Of a stretch of DNA of 30,854 nucleotides, positions 26,842 to 30,854 are shown in pieces. The notes below the pieces were generated by a model. The model did not search any database. It was not told where the DNA came from and worked only from the letters and a program-made list of their open reading frames with translations. Origin of the DNA: an uncultured delta proteobacterium (lineage in GTDB: Bacteria; Desulfobacterota; Binatia; UBA9968). How positions within the stretch are numbered: position 1 is the stretch's first letter; each line of letters begins with the position of its first letter. Made by a program: the position numbers and the translations under genes. The DNA lies in NCBI GenBank assembly GCA_963804165.1, contig CAWDPO010000028.1, forward strand, positions 1-30,854, given 5' to 3'.

Positions 26842-28782
26842 ATGGAAAAACCTGTAGTGAAGGCTCAGACCGAAGACAACACGCCAACTGAGCACGGAGA
26901 TGACTCGGCGCCATCCAAGCCGTTTCCCTTTGAACGTGTCGGTCCATATCAATTGATCGACCGTTTGGGCGATGGCGGGTTAGGTGAAGTCTACCTGGCC
27001 GAGCAGGAGGAGCCGATCAGGCGAAAGGTCGCCCTCAAGCTCATTAAAACCGAGATGAACACGCCGGAAGTCGCGGCCCGCTTCGAGACGGAAATTCGCG
27101 CGGTAGGAATTCTCGACCACCCGAACATTGCCCGTGCCCTGGATGCCGGAACCGTAGGGGACGGCAGGCCCTATTGTGTGATGGAGTACGTACCGGGAAT
27201 TTCCATCACTGATTATTGCGACCGCAATCGTTTGACCGTGCGGGAGCGATTACAGATGTTCGTCCAGGTGTGTCGAGCGATGCAGCATGCTCATCAAAAA
27301 GGCATCATCCACCGTGATATCAAAGCCTCAAACGTGCTGGTGACGGTGCAGGACGGGGTTGCGACGCCCAAGATCATCGACTTCGGCGTCGTCAAGGCGC
27401 TCCACCAACGTCTCACCGAGCAGCCCGCTATCACCCTGCATGGCGAGCTTGTCGGCACACCCGAGTACATGAGCCCGGAACAGGCTGAGATGTCGGGACT
27501 GAACATTGATACACGAACTGACATCTATTCGCTCGGAGTGCTTTTGTATGAGTTGCTCGTTGGAAGTCTTCCCTTTGACCCCACTACCCTCCGTCAATCA
27601 GGCCTGGACGGGATCAAACGGATTATCCGTGATATTGAACCGGTTAAATTAGGCCAGCGTTTAACTGGTCCCGGCTCGAAGCCGGAGGACGTGGCCCACA
27701 AACGCCGCACGGACTTAAAGACACTGAAACGTCAGATTCATGGTGATTTGGAATGGATCACGTCGAAAGCGATCGAGAAAGATTCGACGCGCCGATATAA
27801 CTCCGCCTCGGAGCTCGCCGCCGATATCGAGCATCATTGCAACAGTGAGCCGGTCACGGCCGCCCCGCCATCGGCGACCTACCCGCTGAAAAAATTCATA
27901 CGCCGGCACAAACGCATTGTCAGCGCCGGAGTCATTGTCACAGCGCTTCTCCTGGTGGGCATCTTCGAAATCACAACCGGGCTGCTCCTGCAGCGCCAGG
28001 CGCGCATCGAGGCACAAAAGGAGGTCGAACGTGTGCGGGCGGTTATGGACTATATGCTGCGCACAGTTTCGGTAATGGAGGATGCCAAACGCTCAGAAGT
28101 CAAGGCCGCAGCCATCCTCGATGCCGCCGCGTCAAAGATCGACATCGTTTATTCGCACCAACCGGAAGTCGAGGCGGGCGTGCGCTCGACCATCGGCGAA
28201 TTTTACATGGAGCTTGGTCTGCATGGCCCGGCCGAGCAGCATTTACGGCGCGCCCTAGGCATCAGAAAAAAAATCTTGGGCGACGAAGCGCCCGACTCGC
28301 TCTACTCGATGAGAAAGCTGGCAGCACTGCTCAGGATGCAAGGCAGGCTCGATGAGGCGGAGCTGATCTTAGGGCAGGAAGTCGAGACCAGCCGCCGTGT
28401 TCTCGGGCGCAATCATGATGAAACCATCGCAGCGCTGGCCGAAATGGCTCATCTGCGAGAAGCACAGGGCCGAATTGCCGACGCCGCAGAGCTTTCGCGC
28501 CAGACGGTCGAACAAGCGCTGCGGGCCAAGCTAAAGGACGACTGGCAGATGGCCGTCTACTGGCTGGATCACGGCAGATATCTCACCCGGATACGACAAT
28601 TTCCGCAGGCCGAGAAGTCCTTGCTGGAAAGTCTCGCAGCACTGAAAACCCTTCTCGGTCAGGACCATCCCCTGGCAAAAAAAGCAACGCGACATTTGGT
28701 GGAACTTTATGAGGCATGGAGCAAACCAGCGCAGGCCGCGGAGTACCGTACCTTACTCAGCACCAAGTCAACTTCAAAATGA
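26842..28782 (+). CDS. Hanks-type Ser/Thr protein kinase with TM helix and TPR repeats
   Basis: 'LGDGGLGEVY', 'VALKLIK', 'HRDIKASN', 'DFG', 'GTPEYMSPE', 'DIYSLG'; TM 'IVSAGVIVTALLLVGIF'; TPR-like 'ALGIRKKILGDEAPD', 'LLGQDHP'. Confidence 0.95.
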   Translation: MEKPVVKAQTEDNTPTEHGDDSAPSKPFPFERVGPYQLIDRLGDGGLGEVYLAEQEEPIRRKVALKLIKTEMNTPEVAARFETEIRAVGILDHPNIARALDAGTVGDGRPYCVMEYVPGISITDYCDRNRLTVRERLQMFVQVCRAMQHAHQKGIIHRDIKASNVLVTVQDGVATPKIIDFGVVKALHQRLTEQPAITLHGELVGTPEYMSPEQAEMSGLNIDTRTDIYSLGVLLYELLVGSLPFDPTTLRQSGLDGIKRIIRDIEPVKLGQRLTGPGSKPEDVAHKRRTDLKTLKRQIHGDLEWITSKAIEKDSTRRYNSASELAADIEHHCNSEPVTAAPPSATYPLKKFIRRHKRIVSAGVIVTALLLVGIFEITTGLLLQRQARIEAQKEVERVRAVMDYMLRTVSVMEDAKRSEVKAAAILDAAASKIDIVYSHQPEVEAGVRSTIGEFYMELGLHGPAEQHLRRALGIRKKILGDEAPDSLYSMRKLAALLRMQGRLDEAELILGQEVETSRRVLGRNHDETIAALAEMAHLREAQGRIADAAELSRQTVEQALRAKLKDDWQMAVYWLDHGRYLTRIRQFPQAEKSLLESLAALKTLLGQDHPLAKKATRHLVELYEAWSKPAQAAEYRTLLSTKSTSK

Positions 28783-29594
28783 ACACTGCTGACAAAAACT
28801 CCGCAGAACCCGCAGCGGAAGGTCGATCCCAAAGGACGGGCAGAATCGTTTCTATCCATTCCTATCGTGGCGGCACCGGCAAAAGCAATATCTCCGCCAA
28901 TCTGGCGTATCTTGCTGCGCGCGCGGGTAAGCGTGTCGCGGTCTTGGACTCGGATCTGCAAGCGCCGGGAGTCCATGTGCTCTTCGGCTTTGACACAACC
29001 CGGATGCCTCACACATTATCCGATTTTTTCTTCAACCGATGTGGACTCGAGGAGGCTGCCTACAACCTGAAAGGATTGGCTGAGCTGGAAAATATCGATG
29101 GTTCGATATTTCTCTTGCCGTCCCGGATGACTGTCGACGCGATCATGCAGGTGGTCGCCGAAGGCTATGATGTCGGAAAACTTGACGGCCAGCTAAACAA
29201 ACTTGTTGACGACTTGAAACTCGATCTGTTGCTGATCGACACTCACCCGGGTTTCAACGAGGAAACGCTTCTCACCATCGCCATCTCCGACACTCTCATA
29301 ATCGTTCTGCGGCCGGACAAGCAGGACTATCACGGAACGGCCGTGCTCGTGGAGGTCGCGGGGCGCATGGCGGTTCCCCACGTCCATATGCTGGCCAACA
29401 AAGTCGTGGGTCAGGTAGATCGGCAGGACATCGTTCAGAAAATCAAACAAGGCTATGGCCATGATGTCGTCGGTATTCTACCCTTCGCCGAAGAAATGGC
29501 CAGGCTGGGAAGTGATGGAGTGTTCGCTGCCCGTTATCCAGACCATCCGCTTTCGAAAGAACTGGCGGCGATTGCCCAACGGATCATGGAATAA
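28779..29594 (+). CDS. MinD/ParA-family ATPase
   Basis: 'IVSIHSYRGGTGKSN', 'VAVLDSDLQAPG', 'LLIDTHPG', 'LANKV'; ATG overlaps the kinase stop (ATGA). Confidence 0.9.
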   Translation: MNTADKNSAEPAAEGRSQRTGRIVSIHSYRGGTGKSNISANLAYLAARAGKRVAVLDSDLQAPGVHVLFGFDTTRMPHTLSDFFFNRCGLEEAAYNLKGLAELENIDGSIFLLPSRMTVDAIMQVVAEGYDVGKLDGQLNKLVDDLKLDLLLIDTHPGFNEETLLTIAISDTLIIVLRPDKQDYHGTAVLVEVAGRMAVPHVHMLANKVVGQVDRQDIVQKIKQGYGHDVVGILPFAEEMARLGSDGVFAARYPDHPLSKELAAIAQRIME

Positions 29595-29607
29595 GGAACC
29601 TGGGTGG

Positions 29608-30476
29608 ATGAGGAGCAGCGCGGTTACCCACGAATCCTCAGCTCTGCCACCTGGCGCCAGCGATCCCGGTCGTATCGAGTCGTTTGAGGGAAGCGGCGGG
29701 CGGTGGCTGCGCTATCGAGTCGTTGCTTCGCAGCTACCTCGATATCACCTCCTTTACCTTCACGGCATCGAAAGCCACGGCGCGTGGTTTCTTCCTGCCG
29801 CTGAAAGTCTTCGCGAGCTTGGCTTTACGACCTATCTATTGGATCGCAGAGGCTCAGGGCTTAATATGAATTCGTTGCCTGGGGATGCCTCGTCTGCACG
29901 GGTTCTGCTCGAAGATGTGCGGCGGTTTCGCCACCATCTCGGCGATCCCAAGTTGCACCTGTTGGGCTTATCATGGGGTGGCAAGCTTGCTGCCGCCGTG
30001 GCGCTCGATCAGCCCGAAGGCCTTCAGAGCTTGATCCTTATTACGCCCGGTCTGCGTTCCAAGAGGGATTTGTCGTTGTCAAGTAAGGCAAACGTGCTTC
30101 TCAATCTGCTAGTTGGGGGAAAAGGCTGTTTTAAGGTTCCTATTGAACCGGAAATGTTCACCCACACCCCGCGCTTTCTCGACTTCATTCGCGCCGATCC
30201 GTGGCGCCTGCAAAAGGTCACCGCTCGGTTTCTTCTCACCAGCCGCGTTCTGGACCGAATGATCAACAAAGAGATCGCGAACCTTCGACTGCCGATGCTG
30301 CTTTTTTTAGCGGGCAAAGATTCGATTATCGACAATCGGGGCGTCCTGGATCTCTCTCTAGGAACGAAGTCCGAGTGCGGACCTTCGATGATGCGATCCA
30401 TGCTATCCAGTTCGATCAAATGGAACGGTTGGTAGGAGACATCGTAAATTTTGTTGAAGAGGTCGAAGGTCGGTGA
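29608..30476 (+). CDS. Lysophospholipase/monoglyceride-lipase-like alpha/beta hydrolase (frameshift near 30355)
   Basis: 'YLHGIESH', 'DRRGSG', 'GLSWGG', 'AGKDSIID'; the catalytic-His segment 'FDDAIHAIQFD' lies in the frame ending at 30476. Confidence 0.85.
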
Positions 30477-30591
30477 TCACCGTGCGGCCAGCATGCGATT
30501 CATGACGAGAGGATTCGGAGTGAATCGGAGCGTTGGAGAATATTTCGTAACGAATCAGCTTGTTTTCTGAACGAATGATTGGCACGGAGCA

Positions 30592-30854
30592 ATGTCGATA
30601 CTTTTTCAGGCTTTGATTGCCATCGCGGGCGGAGCGGCTGCGCGCCGCTTTGAGGCTGCTGCGTCTGATCCGATTGGCACGCAGCACAAGAAGCTGATGG
30701 CCATCGTCGAAAAAAATCAACACACTGAATACGGCAAACAATGCGGTTTCGCCAACGTCAAAACCCTCAAGGACTGGCAAAAAGCCGTTCCGATCGTCAA
30801 TTACGAGGACCTGCGTGAACGAGTCGATAGAATGACCCGGGGCGAGAAGAACGT
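30592..30854 (+). CDS. GH3-family acyl-acid amido synthetase, N-terminus (runs off window)
   Basis: Not in the ORF track; my translation is MSILFQALIAIAGGAAARRFEAAASDPIGTQHKKLMAIVEKNQHTEYGKQCGFANVKTLKDWQKAVPIVNYEDLRERVDRMTRGEKN, with GH3 hallmarks Q..L..I...N..TEYG and VPI..YEDL...GE.N. Confidence 0.85.
   Translation, partial: MSILFQALIAIAGGAAARRFEAAASDPIGTQHKKLMAIVEKNQHTEYGKQCGFANVKTLKDWQKAVPIVNYEDLRERVDRMTRGEKN

Overview
30.9-kb accessory region of a moderately GC-rich bacterium. The orphan TctC/ABC binding proteins and GGAAC-type short repeats resemble Binatota/Deltaproteobacteria, but this is an impression, not a test. Positions ~350-22,900 are a patchwork of unrelated single genes: ABC and two TctC substrate-binding proteins, an aldo/keto reductase, two NRPS-like adenylation-PCP proteins (one fused to a PaaK-like ligase domain), cardiolipin synthase, DUF899, a CmcI methyltransferase, a lipoprotein lipase, DinB, an MBL-fold protein and an amidase. 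They are separated by recurring degenerate intergenic repeat modules, three partial REP-associated tyrosine transposase (RAYT) remnants and other gene scraps. At 22,885-26,475 an IS1182-like element (terminal inverted repeats, 4-bp target duplication, internal AbrB-like gene) and an IS110 element sit side by side in one REP-like site. The IS110 3' non-coding end contains readable bridge-RNA-like target and donor guides. The window ends in a co-oriented operon: Ser/Thr kinase-TM-TPR, MinD-like ATPase with a variant Walker A, lysophospholipase-like hydrolase and a GH3-family acyl-amido synthetase that runs off the edge. Several single-base frameshifts may be assembly errors. No rRNA, tRNA or CRISPR array was seen.
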